Source: an uncultured Candidatus Actinomarina sp. (GTDB lineage: Bacteria; Actinomycetota; Acidimicrobiia; Actinomarinales; Actinomarinaceae). Taken from it: a DNA stretch of 64,000 nucleotides. The stretch lies in assembly GCA_902510965.1 (NCBI GenBank), contig CABXDM010000002.1:7120-71119 (forward strand), written 5' to 3'. This document shows positions 27,517-37,433 of this stretch, in pieces. The translations under genes and the position numbers were made by a program. Position 1 is the first letter of the stretch; each line of letters begins with the position of its first letter. The notes beneath the pieces are model-generated. The model worked only from the letters and a program-made list of their open reading frames with translations, made no database searches and was not told where the DNA came from.

Positions 27517-28421
27517 TGATTAACCAATAATTCCTGAGTTAAGCTGTATCTTGAAAGTTCTTCAATATTTTCCTCGACACTAGGTATTTCGTTATACCCC
27601 CCAAATTTCCAAAGTATTTTGTTTTGTTCAGGATTTAGTGTGCTCAGTGTTCTGTTTATCACGGTATCAGCCTCGGTTTTATTTATGCCTATGTCCTTTT
27701 TAAAGTATTTTGCGAAGAGGTGTAATAATTCATATTTAGTAACAACATCTGATGGTATTAAATGCTGGATTAAACCTGCATCATAATTATTTTCTATGAT
27801 TCCATTAATAACATTTGCAAAATTTAGTGTTGTAACACCATTCCATAAATGGTTGTTAAATCCACTTACTGAGTCAGACTGTTCATGGTAAAACCAATTA
27901 AGTAGAGACCTACCTGTGCCGGACTCTGGACCAATAATACTTGATCTAATAACAGTTTTATTTTTAACAATTATCTCACCTGCAATTTTGGTTTTTCCAT
28001 ATACGTCTGTAGCATCTGTATTAGCTTCCTCGTTATACATACCTTTTTCACCGTTAAAAACACAATCAGTACCAATTTGTAAATATTTAAAGTTAAATTC
28101 ATTTGTAGATTTAGCAATATTTAAAGGTAAAAAAGAATTAATATTTTGTGCATTAATAACAGATTTCCGATCGTTTTCTTTAATAAGTGGCTTAATTGCA
28201 CCAATACAATTTATGACAAAATCTGGTTGGACCGTGGATACAAGGTTTGTAAATCCCATTGATAAAGCATCAAAATTAATAATCTCACCATTTAAATATT
28301 CATTAACAGGCTCATCTCTACGAGATGTAAAAAAAAGCTTTCCAGATGATTTTTGTGAAAAGACATTCGCAAGCATATTTCCAAGCATGCCGTCTATACC
28401 TAAAATTAAAATATTACTCAT
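27513..28421 (-). CDS. RmlD-like NAD(P)H-dependent 4-keto-sugar reductase (dTDP-4-dehydrorhamnose reductase family)
   Basis: Trimmed to 'MSNILILGIDGMLG'. 'QIGTDCVFNG' and 'DVYGKTKIAGE' parallel RmlD 'STDYVFDG...NVYGKTKLAGE' (from memory). Confidence 0.65.
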   Translation of the reverse strand: MSNILILGIDGMLGNMLANVFSQKSSGKLFFTSRRDEPVNEYLNGEIINFDALSMGFTNLVSTVQPDFVINCIGAIKPLIKENDRKSVINAQNINSFLPLNIAKSTNEFNFKYLQIGTDCVFNGEKGMYNEEANTDATDVYGKTKIAGEIIVKNKTVIRSSIIGPESGTGRSLLNWFYHEQSDSVSGFNNHLWNGVTTLNFANVINGIIENNYDAGLIQHLIPSDVVTKYELLHLFAKYFKKDIGINKTEADTVINRTLSTLNPEQNKILWKFGGYNEIPSVEENIEELSRYSLTQELLVNQ

Positions 28422-28860
28422 AAAAGTTTGGATTATGTTTTTCCCAGGGGTTCCAAAATTGTGCATCAATTCTAAAATCATCACTTGAAGATTCACCTAA
28501 ACTTGTTGAAGAAAAATATCTAATTTCATTTTCATCTGTAAGATTCATTGCTCCATTCGCGTATCCACCTGGGATGAACAAAACACTATTTTCAGAATTT
28601 AATACATACTCTTTAACTTCTGCTTTCATATCGGGATTATCAAAACTGTCTACTTTTACAACACAGACCAAGAATTCACCTTTTTGTACAGTTACCCATT
28701 TTTTTTCATTTTGATGTCCATGCCAGGCTCTTACAGTTTTAACTAATGTATTTGTAACTACGTAGCTCCTTTTTACATCAGTCATGTCAAAGTCATTTAC
28801 AAATGTAACCTGTCCCCTCTCATCTACTGAACTATTGATGTGGTATGAAATTGGTTCCAT
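28414..28860 (-). CDS. WxcM/FdtA-like cupin (sugar 3,4-ketoisomerase-like)
   Basis: 148 aa. 'RGQVTFVNDF...KRSYVVTNT...RAWHGHQNEKKWVTVQKGEFLVCVV' parallels FdtA 'RGSLVAIE...KRVYYIFDT...RGFHAHKKLEQVLVCLNGS', with the His-x-His pair. Confidence 0.6.
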   Translation of the reverse strand: MEPISYHINSSVDERGQVTFVNDFDMTDVKRSYVVTNTLVKTVRAWHGHQNEKKWVTVQKGEFLVCVVKVDSFDNPDMKAEVKEYVLNSENSVLFIPGGYANGAMNLTDENEIRYFSSTSLGESSSDDFRIDAQFWNPWEKHNPNFYE

Positions 28861-29792
28861 TATTTTACTCCATATAAATTAAGAAAATTTTGATTTGAAT
28901 ATCTGGGATCACTAATGTCTTTTATTCTGTTCTTAGATATCAACTCATAAATCTCATCTATACCTACCTTTAGATCTACTTCAGCCTTGAATCCAGTCTC
29001 TTTATGAAGCTTTTCACTTGTTACTTGATAATTTCTTGCATCTTGGAACTCCAATGGTGTTTTGATAATTTCCGCTGTAGTTATTTTTTTTTCAATTTCC
29101 TCAGCTATTTCTATTATTTTGAAATTTTGATAGTGTAAGTTAAATATTCCATTTACTTTGGTCTCTATAGTTACATCAATCGCATTTGCTACATCATTTA
29201 CATGTAAAAGAGGTCTCCATTGATCCCCGCCAAAAACGCTCATCTTATTTTCCATCAGTGCTTTGGTTACAAGTATGTTAACGACTAAATCAAGTCTAAT
29301 TCTTGAATACTGATCACTTATTCCAAATAGTGTTCCAAGGCGAAAAATTATAACATTTGAATCTTCTAAATACTTTTCTGCAATTAGTTTTGAACTGGCA
29401 TATTCTGAAAGTGGATTTGTAGAAGAGTCTTCAGATAATACTCCTTCTTGTGCTCCGTAAACAGAGCAAGTTGAGAGAAAAACGATTCTTCCTGAGTAGT
29501 TTTTGGTCAAGTTTTTTACACTCTCTGCGTTTATTTCTTGCGTGAGGCTCGGGTTGATACTACAAGCTCCGTCTCCAACAAGGGCAGCTAGCCAAATTAC
29601 AGAATCATAATTGTTTAAAATAGAATTAAGTTTTTTATGATCTCTAATATCTCCATAAATAAAATTAACGTCTTTCCTATAAGAAGTTTCATATACAAGT
29701 GAGTCATAGACTGTTACCTCATGGTTAGGAACTAATTTGTCAACGATACCTCCGCCAACATAACCTGCGCCACCAACTACTAATATTTTCAT
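28860..29792 (-). CDS. NAD-dependent epimerase/dehydratase (extended SDR, GalE-like)
   Basis: 'ILVVGGAGYVGGGIV' Rossmann motif, 'STCSVYG' and 'YASSK' (YxxxK). It lacks the Asp/Glu pair of 4,6-dehydratases, so it is more likely an epimerase/reductase. Confidence 0.55.
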   Translation of the reverse strand: MKILVVGGAGYVGGGIVDKLVPNHEVTVYDSLVYETSYRKDVNFIYGDIRDHKKLNSILNNYDSVIWLAALVGDGACSINPSLTQEINAESVKNLTKNYSGRIVFLSTCSVYGAQEGVLSEDSSTNPLSEYASSKLIAEKYLEDSNVIIFRLGTLFGISDQYSRIRLDLVVNILVTKALMENKMSVFGGDQWRPLLHVNDVANAIDVTIETKVNGIFNLHYQNFKIIEIAEEIEKKITTAEIIKTPLEFQDARNYQVTSEKLHKETGFKAEVDLKVGIDEIYELISKNRIKDISDPRYSNQNFLNLYGVK

Positions 29793-29834
29793 CTATTCAA
29801 TAGTATATGTTTCAATTCGCTAATAAAGGTGTAT

Positions 29835-31037
29835 TTAAACATCGAAAGAATCTTTATTTTTGATTTCTCTAATTAAAAGAAAGCTTGATAAATATAAATA
29901 CCAGGAAATACTGTGATTCTGTAATAGATCACTAGAAAAACTTAAAACAAAAAAAGCAGCTACTACATAAAAATGTGGTGATAGGTTAAATAAAGTTTTT
30001 AATCTAAGTGTGTAAGTAATTATATTTTTAAATATCAATAAATACAAAATCAATCCAAAGACTCCATAATTTAAAATAATGAATAAAAAAGAATTATGCG
30101 GACCATAAGATACTGTATTTTGATCGAACTTATTACTGTTGATTATTTCATCTCCACTGACAATAAAACTATCGTGGCCCCTACCAATGAGATTATTAAG
30201 AAGTGTATCATCAAGTAAATACTCCACAGCTCCAACACTCATATCAACTCTATCCTGGATACCTGCATTATCATCATTGCTAAATCTCTCAATTAATCCG
30301 AAATTGGCACAAACCAAGATGGAGGCAAAAATAATGCCTAAACTTAACATTTTAGTTTGGGTGCTTAAAGCTCTGAGAATAATAAAAATAATTAATACAA
30401 TTAGTGAAAATCTTGAGTATGTAAAGAAACATCCCAAAATTGCAAGACTTGAAATGTATGGAAAATAATTATCTTCTAATTTAAAAATTGTATAGATTCC
30501 AGTTACAACAATTAGATCAGCATAACTATTGGGGCCTCCTGCTTGGAAACCATTAACCCTACCTTTGATGTAGTCGATATCACTAAGATTTAGACCTATA
30601 TTCCAATTGTTGTAAAGATCTGTCCCTAAATTAATTGAAAAGAAATATGCAATAATTGAAAAACTACTACAGAAGATAAAAAGATATACAGGTAAATATT
30701 CATAGTAACTTTCCATTTTATTTCCTAGGATGAAAAAGAAAATAATTGCATAAAATGCAAACCTTAGTATTTCGTTATTAAAAAAACCATTTCCAAGATA
30801 GATATTCTGAATTAACAGGTACAAAATAAAAAAATCAATAAGTAGGTACCCTTTAATTGATTTGAAGTTATCAAATAAAGACGTAATTCTAGTGAAAAAC
30901 AATATAAGAAATAGTAATACAGGTATGTCATCAGTATGGAGAACGTCTTCGATAATGTTAAAATGTGGTATTAATGGTATAAAAAATAGAATATTTAATG
31001 GTGAAAGACTTTTAATTTTTTTAAGTAATAATTGCAC
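29835..31037 (-). CDS. Wzy / O-antigen polymerase-like polytopic membrane protein
   Basis: 400 aa with ~10 TM helices. The loop 'GRVNGFQAGGPNSYADLIV' resembles the O-antigen ligase/Wzy_C periplasmic loop. Confidence 0.45.
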   Translation of the reverse strand: MQLLLKKIKSLSPLNILFFIPLIPHFNIIEDVLHTDDIPVLLFLILFFTRITSLFDNFKSIKGYLLIDFFILYLLIQNIYLGNGFFNNEILRFAFYAIIFFFILGNKMESYYEYLPVYLFIFCSSFSIIAYFFSINLGTDLYNNWNIGLNLSDIDYIKGRVNGFQAGGPNSYADLIVVTGIYTIFKLEDNYFPYISSLAILGCFFTYSRFSLIVLIIFIILRALSTQTKMLSLGIIFASILVCANFGLIERFSNDDNAGIQDRVDMSVGAVEYLLDDTLLNNLIGRGHDSFIVSGDEIINSNKFDQNTVSYGPHNSFLFIILNYGVFGLILYLLIFKNIITYTLRLKTLFNLSPHFYVVAAFFVLSFSSDLLQNHSISWYLYLSSFLLIREIKNKDSFDV

Positions 31038-31113
31038 TAATAAAATTCTACTTTTTAAAATTAAATAAATACTATTTAAATCTTTTTAAAGAATTAAATA
31101 TATTTTTGGTAGC

Positions 31114-32112
31114 ATGATTGTTGTGAATAACAAAGTAATCATTTCAGGTAGTGCAGGATTTATAGGCTTTCATCTTACAAAAAAACTTATGAATATGGGT
31201 TTTGAGGTGATAGGTATTGATTCCCTCAATGACGCTTACGATGTAAGATTAAAAAATTTACGATTAAATGAACTTAGTAATAATAAGAATTATGAATTTC
31301 ATGAGTTAAATTTATCAGAACCAACTTCTATTTCGCAACTTCAAACATTAAATACTCAAGCGCAAACTTTTTATCATATGGCGGCTCGCGCAGGTGTAAG
31401 GCAGAGCTTTTTAGAACCTTACAGTTATGTACTCGACAATACAGTTGCAACAACAAATGTTGCTAATTTTTGCAAAGTAACAGGGGTGTCATCATTAATA
31501 CTTGCCTCCACATCCTCAATTTATGGTGACAGTGGAGAAAATTTAATGCGAGAAAACAAAGATGAGAGAATTCAACCCCCCTCCGTTTATGCTAGTACAA
31601 AACTTTCAGGAGAAATTTTGGCTAAAACAATACTTGATGAATCAGATACAAAAGTTTTAATACCAAGATTTTTTACAGTCTATGGCCCATATGGAAGACC
31701 AGATATGTCTATTTTACGATTTATTCACTGGATAATTAATAAAAAGGAAGTACAAGTTTTTGGAAACGGAGAACAAAGGAGATCATTTACTTATGTAGAT
31801 GATGTAGTTTCAGCTTTAGTTAAAGTGATGAACCATAATTCCTCTGACACCTTTAACATTGGTTCAAATAATACCGTATCTCTAAATCGTGTTATTGAAA
31901 TAATAGAAGATAGTACTGATATGAAGTCTATTGTCGTTAATAAAGAAAGAGCTATAAAAGACCCAGATGTAGTAAAGCCAGATTTAAGCCATATTAAACA
32001 AACACTCGACTGGGAACCCACAACCTTAATAGACCATGGTGTACAAAAAACTGTAGAATGGTACCTTGAAAATATAGAGTTGCTAAAATCATTAAATTAC
32101 ATAAACAAATAA
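31114..32112 (+). CDS. UDP-glucuronate 4-epimerase (Cap1J/LpsL family)
   Basis: 'ISGSAGFIGFHL', 'GIDSLNDAYDV', 'FYHMAARAGVRQSF', 'ASTSSIYG' and 'YASTKLSGE' closely follow the UDP-GlcA 4-epimerase pattern. Confidence 0.7.
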   Translation: MIVVNNKVIISGSAGFIGFHLTKKLMNMGFEVIGIDSLNDAYDVRLKNLRLNELSNNKNYEFHELNLSEPTSISQLQTLNTQAQTFYHMAARAGVRQSFLEPYSYVLDNTVATTNVANFCKVTGVSSLILASTSSIYGDSGENLMRENKDERIQPPSVYASTKLSGEILAKTILDESDTKVLIPRFFTVYGPYGRPDMSILRFIHWIINKKEVQVFGNGEQRRSFTYVDDVVSALVKVMNHNSSDTFNIGSNNTVSLNRVIEIIEDSTDMKSIVVNKERAIKDPDVVKPDLSHIKQTLDWEPTTLIDHGVQKTVEWYLENIELLKSLNYINK

Positions 32113-32113
32113 T

Positions 32114-33076
32114 ATGAAAAAAATAATAATTACTGGTGGGGCCGGCTTTATTGGTTCCCACTTAATAGAAAAATTAATCAAGACTGAAGTTGAGGAAATA
32201 CTTGTTATAGATGACCTATCCACAGGTAAAAGTGCTAATCTTTCAAAATTTAACGATAGTAACAAAGTTAAATTTATTAATAAGAAAGTTGAAGATGTTC
32301 AAAACTTAGATGAGACCTTTGAGGGATATGACTTTTGCTATCATTTAGCGGCTGGCGTTGGAGTTCAGTATATTATGGAAAATTTAAGTAAGTCATTACT
32401 CACAAATATCTTGGCGACTCACGAAGTGTTTGAAGCTTGTAAGAAAAATAATATTCCAGTATTAGTTACTTCAACATCTGAAGTTTATGGTGTCTCTGAA
32501 GATAAAGAGTGGACAGAGGAATCAAGGAGTTTAATTGGCCCAACAACAAAATTACGATGGTCATATGCTGCATCAAAAATGATTGATGAATTTTTAGCAC
32601 TATCTGAATACGAAGAAGGAAAGCTTAATCCGATAATCGTAAGACTCTTCAACATTATTGGGCCGAATCAACTATCAGAATATGGAATGGTAGTTCCTAA
32701 GTTTATTGATGCTGCCCTAAATAATAATGATATTATTATCCATGGTGATGGAAGCCAATCTCGATCTTTTACATGGGTAGATGATGTGACTAGTTATTTC
32801 ATTAAACTCGCTGAAATGAAGGCTTATGGTGAAGTATTTAATATTGGCCAGACCCAAGAAATAACAATTAAAGATTTAGCTGAACTTATAATTGAGACAT
32901 GTGATTCAAAATCACAAATAAATTACATTCAACATGAAGAAGTATTCGGGAATAAATTTGAAGATCCAACTAGAAGAACTCCAAACATAGATAAAATTGT
33001 TAATTTTACTGGCATGACTCCGACTAAAGATATTAATTCTATGATTAAAGAGATAGTTGCACACAAAAAAAAATAA
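32114..33076 (+). CDS. NAD-dependent epimerase/dehydratase (UXS/ArnA-C-like extended SDR)
   Basis: 'IITGGAGFIGSHL', 'TSTSEVYG' and 'YAASK'. The exact nucleotide-sugar specificity cannot be determined. Confidence 0.55.
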   Translation: MKKIIITGGAGFIGSHLIEKLIKTEVEEILVIDDLSTGKSANLSKFNDSNKVKFINKKVEDVQNLDETFEGYDFCYHLAAGVGVQYIMENLSKSLLTNILATHEVFEACKKNNIPVLVTSTSEVYGVSEDKEWTEESRSLIGPTTKLRWSYAASKMIDEFLALSEYEEGKLNPIIVRLFNIIGPNQLSEYGMVVPKFIDAALNNNDIIIHGDGSQSRSFTWVDDVTSYFIKLAEMKAYGEVFNIGQTQEITIKDLAELIIETCDSKSQINYIQHEEVFGNKFEDPTRRTPNIDKIVNFTGMTPTKDINSMIKEIVAHKKK

Positions 33077-33094
33077 CTTAATAGAATTTAAACT

Positions 33095-34231
33095 ATGAAC
33101 ATTTTAATAACTGTAGGAATATTTCCTCCAGATATTGGCGGACCGGCAAGTTTTGTTCCTAAAATTTCTAATTTCTTGATAGAGAATGGTCACAATGTAA
33201 AAATTATTTGTTTATCTGAAGTGAGTAATAATCATATTGAAGATAATTTAGATGTAATAAGAATTAGAAGATCAAACAGTCTGCCTATTCGCTGGTTAAA
33301 AACAATTTACCAAATCGTCAAAAGTGGAAAAAATAGTGATCTGATTTTCGTTAATGGGCTCGGAGTTGAGTCAACCATAGCAGCTCTCATACTCAAGAAA
33401 AAACTAATCAGAAAGATCGTAGGCGATCCTGTCTGGGAAAGAGCTTACAACCAAAAAAAGACGATTGAGTCTTTTGATGAGTTTCAGAACAACAAACACT
33501 CTTTTCTAATTGAAGTTCAAAAATTACTGAGAAACTGGAGTATCAATTCTGCTGAAATAGTAATTACTCCTTCTGATCATTTAAAAAATTTTGTATCTGA
33601 ATTAGGGTTTAGCAATGAAATTTTAAAAATAAATAACGGAGTTGATATTACAGATATTAAAATAACAAATGTAGATAAAGCTGATATCAACTTATTGATT
33701 ATTTCAAGATTAGTGATTCAGAAAAATATAAATATAGTTATAGAAGCAATGGAATTACTAGATAATAAGAACGTAAAACTTAGCATAATTGGTGAAGGTG
33801 GTGAGTTCAGTACATTAGAAGGGGTAATACATGAATTGAATTTACAAAATCGAGTTCAACTTTTAGGTAAAATTGATAACAATAAAATCTCTCAGTTTCT
33901 ACTTGCTGCAGATATCTTCATACAAGCATCTGATTATGAAGGTCTACCCCATTCGGTACTGGAAGCAATTAATAATGAGGTTCCTATATTAAGTACCGAA
34001 GTTGGTGGCTGTAAAGACTTGTTAAATGACGGTGAGCGTGGATTTATTATTCCCATACCACCAGATAAGAAAATTATTGCTGAGAATATCACCTATATTA
34101 TTGATAATAAAGATGAAGCAACTAAAAGAGCTGATGCAGCAAAAGTGTTCATTAGTAAAGAATATAGTTTTTTAGTACAGGCAAAACAATATATGAAAAT
34201 TTTCCAACAAAATGAAAAAATAGAATTATGA
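33095..34231 (+). CDS. Glycosyltransferase family 4
   Basis: N-terminal 'ILITVGIFPPDIGGPASFV' and C-terminal 'YEGLPHSVLEAINNEVPILSTEVGG' (E-x7-E). Confidence 0.65.
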   Translation: MNILITVGIFPPDIGGPASFVPKISNFLIENGHNVKIICLSEVSNNHIEDNLDVIRIRRSNSLPIRWLKTIYQIVKSGKNSDLIFVNGLGVESTIAALILKKKLIRKIVGDPVWERAYNQKKTIESFDEFQNNKHSFLIEVQKLLRNWSINSAEIVITPSDHLKNFVSELGFSNEILKINNGVDITDIKITNVDKADINLLIISRLVIQKNINIVIEAMELLDNKNVKLSIIGEGGEFSTLEGVIHELNLQNRVQLLGKIDNNKISQFLLAADIFIQASDYEGLPHSVLEAINNEVPILSTEVGGCKDLLNDGERGFIIPIPPDKKIIAENITYIIDNKDEATKRADAAKVFISKEYSFLVQAKQYMKIFQQNEKIEL

Positions 34232-35283
34232 AAAAAGAGAAAATATTAATTTTTAACATATCTACAGACTCAAACAATACTTCACTTGGATTTGCGATAA
34301 ATTGGCTAAATCAATTATCTGAATATTACACAGAAATTGATGTCGTGACATTAAATGAAGGTGCAACCCATATCTTAAATGACAATATAAATGTATATAG
34401 TCATGATTCTGTAAATACAAATAAGATAACAAAATTCATCTCACTAAGAAAAATTATCAAAAACCTATTAAAAAATAATGAATATAGATTCTGTCTCTCA
34501 CATATGACAACCTCTTTAACATTAGTAAGTTCAAGTATATTTAGATTTCAAAATCTGCAGTCTATCCTTTGGTACACACACAAGGGTCCCACTACTTTTA
34601 TAAAGAAAATTGTTCTCTATTTGGGCGCATTATTTTCAGATAGAATAATTACGGCTTCAGAGAATTCATTTCCTTTAAAGTTTAAAAAAGTAAATTCTAT
34701 TGGGCATGCCATTAACTATGAAGATTTTTATAGAAGTAGAGTCAATACGGGATCGAAAGATTTTCTCATCTTAAGCAGAATTTCCAAATCAAAAAATATT
34801 GAGGAATCTATTGAAGGTTTTTTAAATAGTGTTTATGGGGATTCCCAGAGTATCACAATCGTGGGAGGCCCTCTAACAAAGCAAGATGTTGATTATGAAA
34901 GTTATTTAAAAAATAAATACTCTGAATTTCGAAATATAAGTTTTGTCGGTTCTATCCCTCATTCCAGTTTAAGTACATATATAGATAAAACTGGATTCCA
35001 CATCAACAACACTCCAAAAGGTTTTTATGATAAGAGTGTCCTTGAAACGTTATCTGGTGGAATTATTAATTTTTATATGAATTCAGAATATGACAAAAAT
35101 ATTCATCCTGAATATCTCAACATTCTAAAGTTTGATGGTACAAAAGATGACTTAACGAAAAGTATAAATTTAATTTCAGAACTAGAAAAAGATTTTCTTA
35201 TAGAAATTATTCAATTTTCACAGGAAAAAGTTAAAGACGAGTCACTGAAAACTTTACACCAGAGAATATTAAAAGTTATTTAG
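34228..35283 (+). CDS. Divergent glycosyltransferase-like protein (GT-B-like)
   Basis: 351 aa. Operonic with the preceding GT4 (ATGA overlap). Carries a degenerate C-terminal 'VLETLSGGIINF' donor-binding motif. Confidence 0.35.
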   Translation: MKKEKILIFNISTDSNNTSLGFAINWLNQLSEYYTEIDVVTLNEGATHILNDNINVYSHDSVNTNKITKFISLRKIIKNLLKNNEYRFCLSHMTTSLTLVSSSIFRFQNLQSILWYTHKGPTTFIKKIVLYLGALFSDRIITASENSFPLKFKKVNSIGHAINYEDFYRSRVNTGSKDFLILSRISKSKNIEESIEGFLNSVYGDSQSITIVGGPLTKQDVDYESYLKNKYSEFRNISFVGSIPHSSLSTYIDKTGFHINNTPKGFYDKSVLETLSGGIINFYMNSEYDKNIHPEYLNILKFDGTKDDLTKSINLISELEKDFLIEIIQFSQEKVKDESLKTLHQRILKVI

Positions 35284-36214
35284 ATAACTCTTTTTTTATC
35301 CATTCAATAGTTGTATTCAAACCGGTTTCTAAGCCTACTTTTGGTTCCCAGTTAAGTTTTTCTTTAGCTTTACTAATGTCTGGTCTTCTTTGTTGGGGAT
35401 CATCATTTGGTAATGGTTTATAAATTATCTCAGATTTCGAGTTTGTAAGTTTTAATATTGTCTCGGCTAATTCTTTAACAGTCATTTCATAAGGGTTGCC
35501 GATATTAAAGACTTCATAATGATTTGATTCCATCATTGCAAGAATTCCAGCCACTGTATCGGATACATAGGAAAAACTTCTAGTTTGCGAGCCGTCTCCA
35601 TAAATAGTTAAATCTTCATCATTAAGTGCCTGTACTATAAGATTTGTGACTACCCTGCCATCGTTTAGCTGCATGTTTGGCCCATAGGTGTTGAATATCC
35701 TAATTATTTTTGTCTTTATGTCATAGCTTCTTGCATATGTTGCTGTTGCAGCCTCTGCAAATCTTTTTGCCTCATCATACATGCTTCTTTCCCCGTTTGG
35801 ATTGACATTTCCCCAATATTCTTCATTTTGAGGAGTAATTAAAGGGTCTCCATAAACCTCAGAGGTAGAAGCCAAGAAATATTCAGCACCATGCTTCCTA
35901 GCTAAACCTAGAGTGTTTATTGTTCCAAGGCTTCCAGCTTTTAAGGTATTCACTGGATTTTCCGTATATGCAACTGGTGATGCGGCACTTGCTAAATGAA
36001 ATACATAGTCAACTTTTTCATCTATTTCTATATGATCTTGAACGTCATGTTGGATAAATGTTGTATTTTCATGATCTAATAAGTCTTGAATATTGTCTAG
36101 GTTTCCAGTTAGTAGATTATCTACAACAATTAACTTGTTTTCACCATTTTTGAGTAGCTCCTTAGAGAGATGCGAGCCTATAAAACCTGATCCACCTGTT
36201 AAAACAATATTCAT
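35276..36214 (-). CDS. uxs: UDP-glucuronate decarboxylase (UDP-xylose synthase)
   Basis: 'IVLTGGSGFIGSHL', 'VFHLASAASPVAY', 'NPV.T...GT.NTLGLA', 'ASTSEVYGDP' and 'YDEAKR' give near-canonical UXS1 signatures. Confidence 0.8.
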   Translation of the reverse strand: MNIVLTGGSGFIGSHLSKELLKNGENKLIVVDNLLTGNLDNIQDLLDHENTTFIQHDVQDHIEIDEKVDYVFHLASAASPVAYTENPVNTLKAGSLGTINTLGLARKHGAEYFLASTSEVYGDPLITPQNEEYWGNVNPNGERSMYDEAKRFAEAATATYARSYDIKTKIIRIFNTYGPNMQLNDGRVVTNLIVQALNDEDLTIYGDGSQTRSFSYVSDTVAGILAMMESNHYEVFNIGNPYEMTVKELAETILKLTNSKSEIIYKPLPNDDPQQRRPDISKAKEKLNWEPKVGLETGLNTTIEWIKKELSK

Positions 36215-36218
36215 CTTT

Positions 36219-37433
36219 TTACCATGGTGTATACAAAATAGAGTTAGTTTCAGTTAAGATAGTTTCAATTTTTTCCATAAGTGTTTTCTTAATCGGATAC
36301 ATCAGCACTACTAAAGTTTTATCAGAAATATCATCAAGATTATCTACTGAATTATATTCAGCAAGTTCAACCATTTCGTCATAGATAAAAGCATTTACGT
36401 CTTTTTGGATTAACATTTTATAGATATCTAAAGTTGGTGAATTTCTTAAATCGTCGGTATCTTCTTTAAAGGCAGCACCAATCAATAATACTGAATTTAT
36501 ATTCTCATTGCTGAGTATTGATGTTAATTTATTTACAGTCCATTTAGTTTGAATATCATTTGATTCAATTATATTTGAGATTATAGGCAGCATAACTTCA
36601 CCTTCTTTATAAAAATTGTTGACTTCAATCAAATCCTTTGGAAAACAAGAACCTCCCCAAGCTGGAGATGGTCTAAAGTAATGCGAACCAATTCTTGAAT
36701 CTAAACCAATCCCCTTAAGAACATCAACCTGATTACCATTAGAATGATCAATTAATCTTGCTGCTTCATTCACAAATGAAAGCCTTAAAGGTAAATATGT
36801 GTTTGCTAAATATTTAATAAGCTGTGAACTAATCGGATCAGTCTCTATAAGTTCTGCATCAAAGCCTTTGTATAATTCTCTTAGAATGGAAATTTTTTCG
36901 GGATCATTCCCTCCTATTACAATTCTGTCAGGTTGAAAAAAATCTTCAATGGCTGTGCCTTCTCTGAGGAATTCAGGATTGAATGTAATTTCGTTTTTAT
37001 CCATCCCTACCTTATTACAAACTTTCTCAATTTCATAAGGAGGAATAGTTGATTTTACTGTAACAACTAATTTTGGGTTGTTGAGGTTATTTATCTCTGT
37101 AATTGCCGATTCAAGAAATCTGGTATCAACAGAATTGGTCTCAAGATTGTTTGGGGTTTGTACACAGATAAATGCCACATCTGTATCTTCCCAGTCGATT
37201 TCATCATATGAAGATGTGAAAGACATTCTTGAAAATGTTTCATTATCCTGAAAATGTTCTTCAAGACCAGGTTCATAGAATGGGACTTGTTTGTCTTTAA
37301 GTTTTGAAACTTTGTTTTCATCTAAATCAACAAAGCTCACACTGTTGCCAAGACTTGCAAAGCCAACCCCTGTAACTAAGCCTACATAACCTGTTCCTAT
37401 GACGACTAAATTCATATTAGGCAATGTTAACAA
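36219..37433 (-). CDS. ugd: UDP-glucose 6-dehydrogenase
   Basis: 'VVIGTGYVGLVTGVGFASLGN', catalytic 'GGSCFPKD' and the C-terminal UDPG_MGDP_dh domain. Confidence 0.8.
   Translation of the reverse strand: MLTLPNMNLVVIGTGYVGLVTGVGFASLGNSVSFVDLDENKVSKLKDKQVPFYEPGLEEHFQDNETFSRMSFTSSYDEIDWEDTDVAFICVQTPNNLETNSVDTRFLESAITEINNLNNPKLVVTVKSTIPPYEIEKVCNKVGMDKNEITFNPEFLREGTAIEDFFQPDRIVIGGNDPEKISILRELYKGFDAELIETDPISSQLIKYLANTYLPLRLSFVNEAARLIDHSNGNQVDVLKGIGLDSRIGSHYFRPSPAWGGSCFPKDLIEVNNFYKEGEVMLPIISNIIESNDIQTKWTVNKLTSILSNENINSVLLIGAAFKEDTDDLRNSPTLDIYKMLIQKDVNAFIYDEMVELAEYNSVDNLDDISDKTLVVLMYPIKKTLMEKIETILTETNSILYTPW

Noticed and set aside
27513-28860. Cupin ORF and RmlD-like ORF as one frameshifted Cap5F-like gene
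   Set aside because: The domain order (cupin first, SDR second) is the reverse of Cap5F. A good internal start (MSNILILG) with an 8-nt overlap fits two genuine separate genes better than a pseudogene.
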